A program made the translations under genes and the position numbers. A stretch of 42,439 bases of DNA from a virus (Duplodnaviria; Caudoviricetes), in the IMG/VR virus record IMGVR_UViG_3300049009_000475, positions 1-42,439 of that record, one strand, 5' to 3'. The notes under the pieces were generated by a model that searched no databases, was not told where the DNA came from, and worked only from the letters and a program-made list of their open reading frames with translations. This document shows positions 1 through 10,722 of this stretch, piece after piece. The stretch's first letter is position 1. Each line of letters begins with the position of its first letter.

Positions 1-2
1 GC

Positions 3-74
3 CATAAGCTAAATACTAATATTGATACTGCCGAATTTGAAGACGACTTTTCGGGCGATATAGAGCCTAGCTAG
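3..74 (+). CDS. 3' end of an upstream gene (partial; position suggests a tail assembly chaperone)
   Basis: Frame 3 is open from the window edge (HKLNTNIDTAEFEDDFSGDIEPS*) and ends at TAG 72-74, 8 nt before the tape measure ATG. Product inferred only from synteny. Confidence 0.45.
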   Translation, partial: HKLNTNIDTAEFEDDFSGDIEPS

Positions 75-82
75 GTACTAAA

Positions 83-3000
83 ATGGCTGTTTATGATGTA
101 GCAACTAGACTTGTTGTTCAGGGGGTAGATACTGCCTCCGTTCAAAGAGCCGTATCTACTATAAACACCCAGCTAGATCGGGGAACGGCCAGTGCTAGGT
201 CGTTCTCCGACGCTCTGGCTCTTAGGGGGATTAATCTTGCTGGATATACAGCTTTGGGGGCTGTCGTGGTCCGCGTCAGTGCCTCTATCGCCAAAGCGAC
301 AAATGATGCCATCAAGTTTGAGTATGAATTAGCAAAAATTGCACAGACGGTTAATAAGAGTAATGCGGAAGTGTTGCAGCATGCCGACTCCATTAGAAAG
401 ATCTCGGTCGCTTATGGGCTCTCTGCCCCAAAAATTGCAGAAACAGTCAGGGTTTTAGCTCAGGCTGGTTATTCATTCAAAGAAGCTAAGGCTTCAGCAG
501 ACTCATTGTCGCAAACGACGCTCTTGTCTTCTTTTGACAATATTACAGATACTACTGATGGCTTGATTGCTATTAATAAGCAGTTCACTTCCACAATGGG
601 GCAGTCTGCTCGCGTACTCTCCGTCCTTAATACTGTCTCGAAGAAGTACGCTGTAGAATCTCGCGACCTTGTTGAGGCCACTCGAAAAGCAGGGGGCGTA
701 TTTGCTTCCACTGGCGGCAATCTAGAAGAGCTAGTTTCTATCTTTACTGTTGTTAGAGATACTACTAGAGAAAGTGCTGAGACTGTAGCCACTGGCTTGC
801 GTACAATTTTCGGTAGATTGCAGAGACCTAAAACAATTGAGTACCTACGTGAGCTTGGAATAGAGCTTACAGACCTTAAAGGTAATTTCATAGGCAACTA
901 TGAGGCTATTAGGGCGATCCAAGAGGGAATTGCAAGAAACAGGATAGCTCCAAATTCTCTGCAATTTGCAGAAATTGTTGAGCAACTAGGTGGGATCAGA
1001 CAGCAGTCTAGGGTTATTCCACTCCTGACACAAGCAGCTAAGCTTCAAAAAATTTATTCTGATGCTCAGTCTTCTACAAGCGATACAGCTAAAGACTTAG
1101 CTAAAGCACAGGAGACGCTTTCTTTTAAGATCTCTCAGACTCAGCAGAATTTTTCTAAATTCATTGGGGATATAGCGTCTACCGAATCATTCAAAGTGAT
1201 GATAAGTGGAATCCTATCGGTCACAAACGCGACAATAGGATTTGCTTCTGCTCTTAAAGAATTAATCCCATTAATAGCCACTATTGCTACTGTAAAATTG
1301 GGGACATCGCTTGTTAGGGCTCTTGGCAACCCAGCCGCAGCATTCGGGAATATAGGACAAAAGAGGAAATTTGCTAGTGGAGGATTCGTTCCCGGAAGTG
1401 GCAATGGGGATACTGTTCCAGCACTACTGACTCCGGGTGAGTTCGTCATAAATAAGAAGTCTGCTGAAGCTTTCGGCTACGGAGAATTAGGAAGGATAAA
1501 TAAGTATGCCAAAGGCGGCGTTGTTTCTAAGATACAAAAGTTCGCAGAAGGGGGTAAGGTAGATCCAGACGGCCTGACTCAGGAATTGAGAGACCTGATA
1601 AGCGAGTTTAAAAAGAAAGCACCATTCCTATACAAGAGAGGGAAAAGCAGACTAGATCTAGATGGGATTTCTGAAAATGATCTAGCCGACCTAGAAGCTC
1701 AAGCAGAACAGATTAGGGCTCTCCTTAAAAAACAATCTGGGAAGGTGCATCCAGATAGGTTTCAAGGTGAATCAGGGGCAGCAGATAGATTCAAGTCTGT
1801 TAGGTCTAAATTCGACGAGTTTAATGCTGGAACTGAGCAGATTAAAAAGAAAAGAGCTACTGCGGCACCTAATCCCGCAAGTAGCCCAGTAAATTCTGCA
1901 GAGCAGGCCAAGAGGGCACAAGAGGCTTATGATCAGGCTCAAGCTCAAAAAACACAACAGCAGAGAGAAGACGATAAAAAAGCCGCAGAAGCTACAGCAA
2001 GAGCAACAGCAGAAGAGGCTCGTCGTACTCGCGAAGAGTATAAAGAAAAAGAACGCAAGTTCAATGCACAAAATGGAGGATTAGGTGGGGCAAATGGAGA
2101 TTCTACATCTCATCCAGATGATCTAGGAGCAGCATCGGCTAGACAGAGAGCATACAATAGAAGTCAAGAAAGTGCCGGACTTGGTCCAGCAGAAGGAAAT
2201 ACTAAATCTAGAGCTGATGACTTTGATACAGCCTCAGCAAGACAAAAGGCGTACAATACTAGTCAAGAAAATGCTCAAAATGCTGGACTAGGGCCAGCCA
2301 GAGGAAACACTTCATCTTCCCGACCAACTAATATAGCCACTCCCGGAATGGCGGCTAAACAAGCCGCCTATAATACTAGCCAAGAAGCTGCTGGTCTTGG
2401 CCCAGCAATTGGGAATACTGCCTCGAAGCCAATTGATATTGGAGCCATAGGAGATAAACTTACGACCGATAAAGCGGCTGCGGCAAAAGCTGCCGAAAGG
2501 TCACAGCAATTAGCTGGCACATTTGCTACTTTAAGTTTTGTGATAGCTGGTGTGGCCGATCAATATACCGATCAAGAGACAGTGATGGGTCGTATGACTT
2601 CATCAGTCCTAAACTTAATTTCTGGACTTAGTCTTCTTCAGGCCACATTGGGTCAATTTGGCAAATCACTAGATCCAAAATCAGTCTTAGATTTCGGCAA
2701 AAATCTGCTAAAATTTAATACCGGAGGCAAAGGTGCTATAGCTGGAAAGATCGCCAATGCCTCTTCTGGCTTTCTAGGCAAAGCCGGTGGAGCCCTGTCT
2801 GGACTTGGAGGTAAACTATCTGGGGTAGGGGCAAAATTTGCAGGATCTACTGGTGCTCTCGGCATCGTAGGAAAAGCTTCTGCCTCTGCTGGGGCTTCTC
2901 TAACCGCTAGAGGAGCTACCGTTGCTGGCAGCTCTGGTTCAGTGGGTGCCGCTGGTGCTAGTGCAGCAGCCTTCGCTGCTGCCGGAGCCGCTGCTTATGG

Positions 3001-5500
3001 TTTCGGCAAAATCCTTGATACAATAAGGGGTCTAGAAGAACAGAGGGCAAAAGCAATTTCTGATGGAAACACAGTGGAAGCTGGTAAGTCCGCAGTATCG
3101 CTACAGGTCCAAGATGATCTAACTAAGCTATCTGCGGGAGCAGCCATAGTAGCAACCGCATTTGGGGGTCCTCTACTAGGTGCAGCGGTAGGATTTACAG
3201 TAAAGCTAGCTGGACTAATTCCGGGAGTTGAAACTGGAGTAGGAAAACTTAGAGATTTAGGTGCCGCTCTTGGAGTATTAGAGTCCACAGCACTAATTGC
3301 TGCTAGATCACAATCTGAAGCCGCATCAGTTGCTGCCGACTCTAATCGAGAGAAACAGGCTGGAATAGTTGGCAAAAAGATAGACAAAGTAAAAGATACT
3401 AAAGGTGCAAATGAACTAGTAGACTCTGGAGAATTTAAAAATGCGGCACAGGCTTTGGCTACCAAGAAAGCGGCTGTGGACAAACAAGTTGGAGAAGCAA
3501 GAAAAGCACTTAGTCAGCAGGCTAATACTAGTGGCTTAGGAGAGAGCATTGACGCCGTTACTAGTCTCGGTGGCCTGATAGGGGAGAATCTAGATGAAAC
3601 AGCCACGCGACTAGACAAAGAAATCTCAGATGCTCAGGCTGGACTAAAAGAACAAGCCGAAGCCGATTTTCAGCAATATAGTAAGGTGTTTGACGTTAAA
3701 GTGCAAGACTTTGCTTCGTCTGGAGAACAAGACTGGGGCAAATTCATGAGTTCGCTAAGCAAGGGCGAACAAGATCTCATAACGCTTTCTGGCAGTGCTA
3801 ATATTTTGCAAGAAAGTCTAAGACAAGCGGCGGATATCGCTAAAGCAGAAGCCGCTGAAAGGCTCCTCAATTGGCAGATCATGCAGAAAACCTCTGGTGC
3901 TCTACAACAGCTTGCGGCAGTATCAAAAAAAGGAGCAGAAGTTAATCGATTAGGAGACGTTTCCTCTAGTCTAGCATCTGGTAATTTTAGAAGCTCGGCC
4001 ATTTCTTCAGCCGCTAGTAGTGATTCAATTAAGCAGCAGGCTGTAGCGGCTAAAGCATTGGGCATCAATAATTATGAGAGCATCGTCGGTGAGACTAGCA
4101 AGAATAAAGATGTTCTCAAGAGTGCTGAAGACAAATTTGCTCAGGGGACCCTCAAGGGAGGCTCTGGGGAGCTAGACAGAATCAAGAGAGAAATTGTACA
4201 AGACGCGAACCCGGATGCTAATGTCAAGGACCTTAAAGGTGATGAGTTAAATAAGGCAGTAGAGGAGGTCTTCAAGGGTGGCGATGCAATGAAAGAGGCC
4301 CTAATGAAGGCCGCTCAAGACGCAGAATCCGGATTTGGAAAATATTTAGATTCAGTTAGTCGATTGACTTCTGCACAGACAGAATATGAACAATCGTTGC
4401 TCGATTTTAATCAATCTAGTACCAATAGAGACAAAGAGAAGCAAAGCTTTCGAGTTGGTGGATCTACGATAGCGGAAATTAGAGATAGACAAAAGCCTAT
4501 TGCGTCTAATGCTGCTAATAGAGCTGCTCTAATTTCTAGTTCGGCAAAGCTCACACAAGCTGGTACTTCTATTGTAGAAAATCAGGCAGCACAATCCACT
4601 AGTGGTAAAGAAGATCCAAGTAAAACTGCTGCCACAGTATCTCAAGGAATAGAGCTTCAGAGGACATTTTCTGGATTGCAGATAGCTGTAGATGCCCAAA
4701 AAGCAGCAGTAATGCAAGATACTCAGGCTAGACAACAACTTATCGAAGCACTAAAAGAAGAGATTGAACTAGAAAAAGGCAGGGCTCAGACTCTAGACGA
4801 ATTCAATACTGCACTTTCTGGGGCCGCTGGTGCTGAAGCCAAAAGAGACGCTCAGAAGAAACTAGCTTCTGTCAAGCGGGTAGAACAAGCCTATGCGACT
4901 GGTGGTGTTGAGGCCGCGAATAAAGAGATCGGTCGAAGTGTTGATAAGGGAGTCTCTAGAGAATTTTTACTATCTGCAATGCAGACTCAGACATCTGAAG
5001 CACTGGGCTATCAGGCTTCAGAAGCTGGGAGTACAGAGGCACGGAGGAGATACGGGGCTGGGTCTAATCAGAGTGGATTCATCGCTGACAGTAGCAGTGT
5101 GGCTTTTGGTACAGATGCCGAAGGCAAGAGGACTAAACAGACGATAAGAGGAGCTGAAGTAGCAGCACAAGCAGGAGCACAAATGGGTGAGCAAAAAGCC
5201 AATGAGGCGGCACTACTTCAACTACAAGCTGACAACATAGAAATGCTAAGCAATTCAGCTAAAATCTTTGGCGATTCTATAGTTCAAATGACGGCTGGTT
5301 TGGGAAGCTTCAACACTGAGTTAAAAACTATAGTTGCCTCTCTGAAGGATTCTTCTATTAGCATGAAGCTTGACACCACAAAAGTAGTCGTAGACATAAA
5401 TTCATCTCAAGGACTAGATGCTCTCTCTGCAGAGACCAAAAAAGTATTTAGACAGATGATTGCTGAACAATTGTTAGCACAGCAACAGGGACAAATTTAA
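83..5500 (+). CDS. Tail tape measure protein
   Basis: 1805 aa, Ala/Gly/Ser-rich and helical; N-terminal TP901-type tape-measure region (LAQAGYS...LNTVSKKYAV...TRESAETVATGLRTIFGRL); FASGGFVPGSGNGDTVPALLTPGEFVI motif typical of tape measures; central hydrophobic Gly/Ala segments. Confidence 0.93.
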   Translation: MAVYDVATRLVVQGVDTASVQRAVSTINTQLDRGTASARSFSDALALRGINLAGYTALGAVVVRVSASIAKATNDAIKFEYELAKIAQTVNKSNAEVLQHADSIRKISVAYGLSAPKIAETVRVLAQAGYSFKEAKASADSLSQTTLLSSFDNITDTTDGLIAINKQFTSTMGQSARVLSVLNTVSKKYAVESRDLVEATRKAGGVFASTGGNLEELVSIFTVVRDTTRESAETVATGLRTIFGRLQRPKTIEYLRELGIELTDLKGNFIGNYEAIRAIQEGIARNRIAPNSLQFAEIVEQLGGIRQQSRVIPLLTQAAKLQKIYSDAQSSTSDTAKDLAKAQETLSFKISQTQQNFSKFIGDIASTESFKVMISGILSVTNATIGFASALKELIPLIATIATVKLGTSLVRALGNPAAAFGNIGQKRKFASGGFVPGSGNGDTVPALLTPGEFVINKKSAEAFGYGELGRINKYAKGGVVSKIQKFAEGGKVDPDGLTQELRDLISEFKKKAPFLYKRGKSRLDLDGISENDLADLEAQAEQIRALLKKQSGKVHPDRFQGESGAADRFKSVRSKFDEFNAGTEQIKKKRATAAPNPASSPVNSAEQAKRAQEAYDQAQAQKTQQQREDDKKAAEATARATAEEARRTREEYKEKERKFNAQNGGLGGANGDSTSHPDDLGAASARQRAYNRSQESAGLGPAEGNTKSRADDFDTASARQKAYNTSQENAQNAGLGPARGNTSSSRPTNIATPGMAAKQAAYNTSQEAAGLGPAIGNTASKPIDIGAIGDKLTTDKAAAAKAAERSQQLAGTFATLSFVIAGVADQYTDQETVMGRMTSSVLNLISGLSLLQATLGQFGKSLDPKSVLDFGKNLLKFNTGGKGAIAGKIANASSGFLGKAGGALSGLGGKLSGVGAKFAGSTGALGIVGKASASAGASLTARGATVAGSSGSVGAAGASAAAFAAAGAAAYGFGKILDTIRGLEEQRAKAISDGNTVEAGKSAVSLQVQDDLTKLSAGAAIVATAFGGPLLGAAVGFTVKLAGLIPGVETGVGKLRDLGAALGVLESTALIAARSQSEAASVAADSNREKQAGIVGKKIDKVKDTKGANELVDSGEFKNAAQALATKKAAVDKQVGEARKALSQQANTSGLGESIDAVTSLGGLIGENLDETATRLDKEISDAQAGLKEQAEADFQQYSKVFDVKVQDFASSGEQDWGKFMSSLSKGEQDLITLSGSANILQESLRQAADIAKAEAAERLLNWQIMQKTSGALQQLAAVSKKGAEVNRLGDVSSSLASGNFRSSAISSAASSDSIKQQAVAAKALGINNYESIVGETSKNKDVLKSAEDKFAQGTLKGGSGELDRIKREIVQDANPDANVKDLKGDELNKAVEEVFKGGDAMKEALMKAAQDAESGFGKYLDSVSRLTSAQTEYEQSLLDFNQSSTNRDKEKQSFRVGGSTIAEIRDRQKPIASNAANRAALISSSAKLTQAGTSIVENQAAQSTSGKEDPSKTAATVSQGIELQRTFSGLQIAVDAQKAAVMQDTQARQQLIEALKEEIELEKGRAQTLDEFNTALSGAAGAEAKRDAQKKLASVKRVEQAYATGGVEAANKEIGRSVDKGVSREFLLSAMQTQTSEALGYQASEAGSTEARRRYGAGSNQSGFIADSSSVAFGTDAEGKRTKQTIRGAEVAAQAGAQMGEQKANEAALLQLQADNIEMLSNSAKIFGDSIVQMTAGLGSFNTELKTIVASLKDSSISMKLDTTKVVVDINSSQGLDALSAETKKVFRQMIAEQLLAQQQGQI
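2078..2440 (+). repeat. About 3.5 degenerate copies of a ~33-aa repeat inside the tape measure gene
   Basis: ASARQRAYNRSQESAGLGPAEGNT / ASARQKAYNTSQENAQNAGLGPARGNT / MAAKQAAYNTSQEAAGLGPAIGNT, preceded by a partial GLGGANGDS copy. Confidence 0.85.
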
Positions 5501-7119
5501 TGCCAATCATAGTAAACAACAAAAGAATTGTACCAGCTCCAATAGTGAGTTTTTCTAAGACACCTATTCTGTCTGATGATGGTATTAGTATTGGGGCAGA
5601 CTACACCTTATCACTAAATGGGAAGATTCTTCAGAACAAAGGGAACCCTATATCAAGTACTGGGGCTATATTCAGTTCTTCCATGTCTACTGATGCGTGG
5701 ACAATTACTCAGTCACCAGATGATGATCCGCTCCATGGAGTCGCTGATTCTGATCTGCTCATTTCTACAATAACAAAAATAGAACAACTAAGAGCATTAG
5801 TCTCACCACCAACTGGCATAAAAGTTGAAGTAGTGGGCTTCAGTCACGACCAAGGTATCAAGTTTTATGGAGACTTAAAATCTTTTAACGTCGACTCTGA
5901 AGGTAATTGGGCGAAACCGGCTAACTACACTATGGAGTTTGGTTTTTCAAACTTTATTGGACCTGCCATATCAGGACTTTTCGGAGCTGGCTCCTCAGAA
6001 GACTCATTCGGCTACTACGTAGCATCAGTAAAAGAGAATTGGGCAATTCAAGAAGCCGATCAGGTCGTTGTCAATACGGGCAACTGGGCCGATATCGGCA
6101 AGGTCTATAACATCACCCACTCAGTAGATGCTAAGGGTAAGAGAGTCTACAATTCTTCTGGGGTATGTGTTCTGCAGCCTTGGCAGCAAGCAAGCGGGTA
6201 TGTAGGGGCGGTTATCGGCCTAGGCATATCAAATCTGCCAGACAGCCTATTGGGCATAACCTCTGGATACTATGCCACCAATCACAAAATTAGCGAAAGC
6301 ATAGACAGAACTGCTGGCACATATGGTGTAGAAGAGACATTCTCGTATGTTCCTTCTGGGATGATGCCGTCTGGGCAGTGGGCGTTTGAAGAATGTTCTG
6401 TGAATATTGATAAGTCCGAAGGTGCTCTTACCAATATTACAATTCAGGGAACAATTAATGGAATTGAGACCAACCCTCCGACAGGAGTGCAGGCTACTGG
6501 TGTTTCCAAATACTCAAATGCTTTAGCTTACTACAATGTGATTGAGCCAACCCTCTATAATAGAGTTAAGCAGAATGCTGGCGTACTTACTTGGGTTCAT
6601 CCATCTCCCAAGACTACAGCTATCGGAAAGATGCCGAATGCTGGACAGATTACCTATAGTTACAGCTATGATGATAGGCCACCTAATCTTATTAGTGGGA
6701 GCATCTCGGAAGAGATATCGATAAACGACACTTATCCGGGTCAGATTTATTCAGCCACTCCAGTGATAGGACGAAATCAGCCCATTTTGCAGTATCTCGG
6801 ATCAAGGACTGAGTATAAGAGGACTTTGTCAATTAATATACAAATGGGGTCCATTTCTAGGAACTGGACATACAGTAATGTTGACGCTAGTGGGAAATTG
6901 ACATCTCCTACAGCAACTGGTGTTAGAAATTGGCTGATCACTCAAAAACCGAGCATTAGCCACTCTGGAGATTTTCAGGTTATTTATGATGCGGCCAATC
7001 CGGCCAATGAGGCTGGAGTAATACCTACTAAGGTTTTCTATGATGCACCACAAGAGTCATGGAATCCAAAATCAGGTAGTTACTCATATAGTATTAATTG
7101 GTCATATGAAAGAAGTTAG
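5500..7119 (+). CDS. Putative tail structural protein (distal-tail/tail-tip position)
   Basis: 539 aa, beta-strand-like Ser/Thr/Tyr-rich composition; TAATG-coupled directly to the tape measure stop. Confidence 0.6.
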   Translation: MPIIVNNKRIVPAPIVSFSKTPILSDDGISIGADYTLSLNGKILQNKGNPISSTGAIFSSSMSTDAWTITQSPDDDPLHGVADSDLLISTITKIEQLRALVSPPTGIKVEVVGFSHDQGIKFYGDLKSFNVDSEGNWAKPANYTMEFGFSNFIGPAISGLFGAGSSEDSFGYYVASVKENWAIQEADQVVVNTGNWADIGKVYNITHSVDAKGKRVYNSSGVCVLQPWQQASGYVGAVIGLGISNLPDSLLGITSGYYATNHKISESIDRTAGTYGVEETFSYVPSGMMPSGQWAFEECSVNIDKSEGALTNITIQGTINGIETNPPTGVQATGVSKYSNALAYYNVIEPTLYNRVKQNAGVLTWVHPSPKTTAIGKMPNAGQITYSYSYDDRPPNLISGSISEEISINDTYPGQIYSATPVIGRNQPILQYLGSRTEYKRTLSINIQMGSISRNWTYSNVDASGKLTSPTATGVRNWLITQKPSISHSGDFQVIYDAANPANEAGVIPTKVFYDAPQESWNPKSGSYSYSINWSYERS

Positions 7120-7128
7120 GACAAATTC

Positions 7129-10100
7129 ATGGAAAGCATTGCCCCATTTGGGTCTGGCAATACATCTGATGTTCCCGTACAAAAATTTATGGGGGCCACA
7201 GTCTCAAAATTCAATTGTTCGGCAGACTTTGCTTCTCAGCCGGGATCATGTTCTATTGATCTTGTTGTGGACGACACTCAGGGGGATGTCTTTGCTCCCG
7301 GAGTTATTGGATCGCCCTACTACTTTAAAATTGTCGATATAAACGGCGACACTATCTTTGGCTTCAACGGAGTTCTTGAGTCGATCTCTAGAGAATCCAG
7401 CCCGGAAAACAAGCTGTATAAGGTTACTCTACTAAGTCCCCTGAAGATTCTTGAAGCGGTCACTCTGATCATTGATGGCTACACAGGCTATGGGTCGGCC
7501 CTAGAAGGGCTTCCGAGATACTTCTCCGATGATGGATATTATCAGATTGAAGACTCAGACAAGCAGCCGGGCTACCTGCCTGACGGGGTCAGTATGACCC
7601 CAACTGTAAGCTACTTTGAAACTGCCCAGTTCTCTTTCGCGACAAATAATGCGAATCTCTCTTTTACCGGAATGTGGAATAGATCCTACAACCTGATCAA
7701 TGTTTTTGCCGCTTACGAAAATGAGTGGGTCGACGGTGATGGGAATTCCCTAGCCGTCGTCCCATTCGCCGGATTCGGGGCATCAAGTGTAACTTCTGGA
7801 ATGAGAGTTGACAAGATTGCTTATGCAATTGATGAAATAGTCAATAGGACAGAAGCCACCTCCCCAAGAAGATACATTGGCGGAAACCTGATGTATGGGG
7901 CGAACACCTACAATATTTGTGGTACTGCTAGTGGGTACGTGCCACCATACCCATTCTTCTATGGGTTTGATATTATTGGATTCGTTTCCTCAGTACTAAA
8001 CTACCTGCCTGAAGACTTTGTGATTCCCGGCCCATCGATCTCGATAGCCGAATTTATCGCAATCATCTGCGATACTATCAATGCCGACTTCATAGTTGAA
8101 CTGAATGATTCGAGCTATAAGAATGGGGCTTTTGCTGCCTCTATGAGTCAGACATACCCGAACTCTGTGTTCGGCGGCATCATTTCTATTTTACTGATTC
8201 CCAAGAACCAGTATGTTACTTGCTCAAAGCCATTTAGTCAATTCACCTACGATCTTCTCAATCTTGAGAAGCCAGATACGGGTGATTATGCGTCGAGCGG
8301 CAATGTAAATCCGGGAATTCCACCAACAGACGATGGTAGATTTATCAACCCACTAGATCTGGACTATGTCAGACGTGGTACTGAGGGATCTGTCCCGTAT
8401 GGCGGAAGATTCCCAGTAACTCCAACTCCTACCGAAATTCTGAATAGTATTACAAATCGGCCAGTTAATTTGTCGGTTTCTCTGAAGTCTACCAACCCGA
8501 CAGTCGGTAAAATGGTAGTGGGCGGCTATCAGACCAGAATGAATATTGTGCCGCGAGACTACATCTACCAGTACTGGGGCGAGATCACGCTCGTTACGGC
8601 CTCTGGGGATGCCTGTGGTGTCACCAGAAATTCCCAGAAGTCAATCCCCGTCATCACGCAAACTCTGCCCCCTAACGACGTGTGGGACTGGATAGCTATT
8701 GACATCCAGCACATAGTATCGAGTAATACCGCGACTGGGGCATTCTACGATGGGATATATTTCGCTTCGATGTTAGAAGTTAGGGCCGCTATGTCCTCTT
8801 ACGAGGCGTGGGTCCAATTTATGGAATCTGTTAAATCACATAAGTGGGAAATTCTAAATGGAGGGGCTGTAGACACAATTGTCGGAAGATCTACTCCACA
8901 ATATGTTTCTACTATCTTAAAATATCAGGCATTTGTAGGACTGGGCAATACTACAAATGCTCAGTCATCATTTGAGCGACCCAGCGTAGATGGGATCTTA
9001 AATAAGATTTGGCAAAAAGTTAAAGACATAGGGGATACTCACTATGGGAAAAGCTGGGTAGCACCAATTCCAGTATTCCAGACAAAGATGACTCAGAGTG
9101 GTGAAAGCTTAGTTGGAAACTTTGTCAGATCTTGGGACGTCAGTGATTCTGCTTATGTTGAACCATATGCTTATGGACAGATGGAAGCCCCAAAAGATTC
9201 TGCTTTCATCCAAGACGGGAGACTGAAGGCTTTCGCGAACTTTGAACACTCTTTTACTGCTGGAGGAGATGATGATGTGGCCTACGGCCTGCTGACTGGG
9301 TCATTGACTGGATTCGCCTCTGGAGTGAAGTACAAGTTTGACTTTTCTGAGCATAGTAGTAGCACTACATTTGATTTAGACCCATCGGCTACTGGCAATT
9401 GTCCAACTATTGGCCTAGCCCATGTACAGCCAAGTATTGATGAGAAGTATATTTTTGTCCCTAGCCAGTATTTTGACTATTATAATCGTGGACATTGCCC
9501 ATTTATAGATACAGTTGACACTTCTGGAGCAGTTGGTCAATTGATGCCGTATGGATCATTCTATCTATACACGTACTCTTATAATAATAAGAGTATTACT
9601 CGGGGTGCGTCATCTAGTATTCCAAATAATGCCATAAATGACTCTAACTCTAAAAATTTTGCTACGAGCGGAGATATCGTTGGCAGTATGACTAAGTTTA
9701 AGTCAAATGGATTTTTCGGCTATCCTAGCAGCTATGATACCTACGGATTATTCACGACGGTCTATACACCTTCATCTAGCTTGTTTAATCATGACGCCTA
9801 TAGTTCTGGGTATTACATTCAAGAAATTCAATCAAGTAATGATTTTGGGATAGTCTCAGTACAAAATGCTATTGAGCCAGCAACTGGAATATACACTGCA
9901 CATTTTTCCTTTCACTATTCTGGCACTGCACTAAAAGATATATTAGGCGGAATAGTTAGCAATCCAGCCAATGACACCGGATCTGGTCTTCCGTTTATTA
10001 AGTTTACTACTGACCCAGTCTACTATCCCTCTAGTTTTCAGACCGAGGGAATTAACCCAATTGATGGTTCATATGTCGACCATATGGCCGAAATGATGCG

Positions 10101-10722
10101 GGCCGAAAGATTCTTTGCCTTAGACAATGGGCATGCAGACATCGCTAGTTTTGGAGAGACATTTGGCGGCGGTTCCTCGTCTAGAGCCGCCGTATCACCT
10201 AGGTCCATCGGAATCCCCCAGAGATCTAATAGGTACGTTTACGGGCCATGGATGACTAACTCCTCAGAAACCATCTACTGCGGTAAAATGGAATATGAGC
10301 AGAATGAAGAACTCGTACCAGAGAACTTCATGATTCCAGTCTACGGCACGATCAGTACTAATTGGCAAGTGGTCGATACTGAGGGGAATGTGACCAGAAG
10401 CATTGATTCGGTTAATGGCACATCCCTAAGTGGATTTGCCGGAATGAATCTAGCTGGGCAGGCCATTGCCAATAGTATTGATGACTTTTCCCTATTCGCA
10501 CAGGAGGAGGGGAACCTCACTTTGAACGGTCTTCCTATAATAACAAGAGTGGGACAGACCTTGTCAAATGGCCCAAGAATCACCGATATTAGCATCAGCT
10601 TTGATAATTCGCAAGTTCAGACCACATACAACTTCCGAACACTTTCCCCAAGGGCTGGTAAGAACAGTAAGGAGTTGCTAAAGCAGCTCCGCAAGATCTC
10701 TAATACGATTAGGAACAAATAA
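7129..10722 (+). CDS. Putative baseplate hub / tail tip protein
   Basis: 1197 aa; hub-like N-terminal strands (FMGATVSKFNCSADF...CSIDLVVD) and C-terminal PRITDISISFDNSQVQTTYNFRT followed by a helix; second gene after the tape measure. Confidence 0.6.
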   Translation: MESIAPFGSGNTSDVPVQKFMGATVSKFNCSADFASQPGSCSIDLVVDDTQGDVFAPGVIGSPYYFKIVDINGDTIFGFNGVLESISRESSPENKLYKVTLLSPLKILEAVTLIIDGYTGYGSALEGLPRYFSDDGYYQIEDSDKQPGYLPDGVSMTPTVSYFETAQFSFATNNANLSFTGMWNRSYNLINVFAAYENEWVDGDGNSLAVVPFAGFGASSVTSGMRVDKIAYAIDEIVNRTEATSPRRYIGGNLMYGANTYNICGTASGYVPPYPFFYGFDIIGFVSSVLNYLPEDFVIPGPSISIAEFIAIICDTINADFIVELNDSSYKNGAFAASMSQTYPNSVFGGIISILLIPKNQYVTCSKPFSQFTYDLLNLEKPDTGDYASSGNVNPGIPPTDDGRFINPLDLDYVRRGTEGSVPYGGRFPVTPTPTEILNSITNRPVNLSVSLKSTNPTVGKMVVGGYQTRMNIVPRDYIYQYWGEITLVTASGDACGVTRNSQKSIPVITQTLPPNDVWDWIAIDIQHIVSSNTATGAFYDGIYFASMLEVRAAMSSYEAWVQFMESVKSHKWEILNGGAVDTIVGRSTPQYVSTILKYQAFVGLGNTTNAQSSFERPSVDGILNKIWQKVKDIGDTHYGKSWVAPIPVFQTKMTQSGESLVGNFVRSWDVSDSAYVEPYAYGQMEAPKDSAFIQDGRLKAFANFEHSFTAGGDDDVAYGLLTGSLTGFASGVKYKFDFSEHSSSTTFDLDPSATGNCPTIGLAHVQPSIDEKYIFVPSQYFDYYNRGHCPFIDTVDTSGAVGQLMPYGSFYLYTYSYNNKSITRGASSSIPNNAINDSNSKNFATSGDIVGSMTKFKSNGFFGYPSSYDTYGLFTTVYTPSSSLFNHDAYSSGYYIQEIQSSNDFGIVSVQNAIEPATGIYTAHFSFHYSGTALKDILGGIVSNPANDTGSGLPFIKFTTDPVYYPSSFQTEGINPIDGSYVDHMAEMMRAERFFALDNGHADIASFGETFGGGSSSRAAVSPRSIGIPQRSNRYVYGPWMTNSSETIYCGKMEYEQNEELVPENFMIPVYGTISTNWQVVDTEGNVTRSIDSVNGTSLSGFAGMNLAGQAIANSIDDFSLFAQEEGNLTLNGLPIITRVGQTLSNGPRITDISISFDNSQVQTTYNFRTLSPRAGKNSKELLKQLRKISNTIRNK

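Noticed and set aside
142-5147. Antisense and alternate-frame ORFs within the tape measure gene
   Set aside because: Shadow ORFs of a long biased coding sequence; no motifs or RBS.
7117-7131. In-frame TAG between the 539-aa and 1197-aa tail genes (possible read-through or TAG recoding)
   Set aside because: Only one of six TAGG junctions is in frame, as expected by chance. Long ORFs are uninterrupted under the standard code, so there is no support for recoding.
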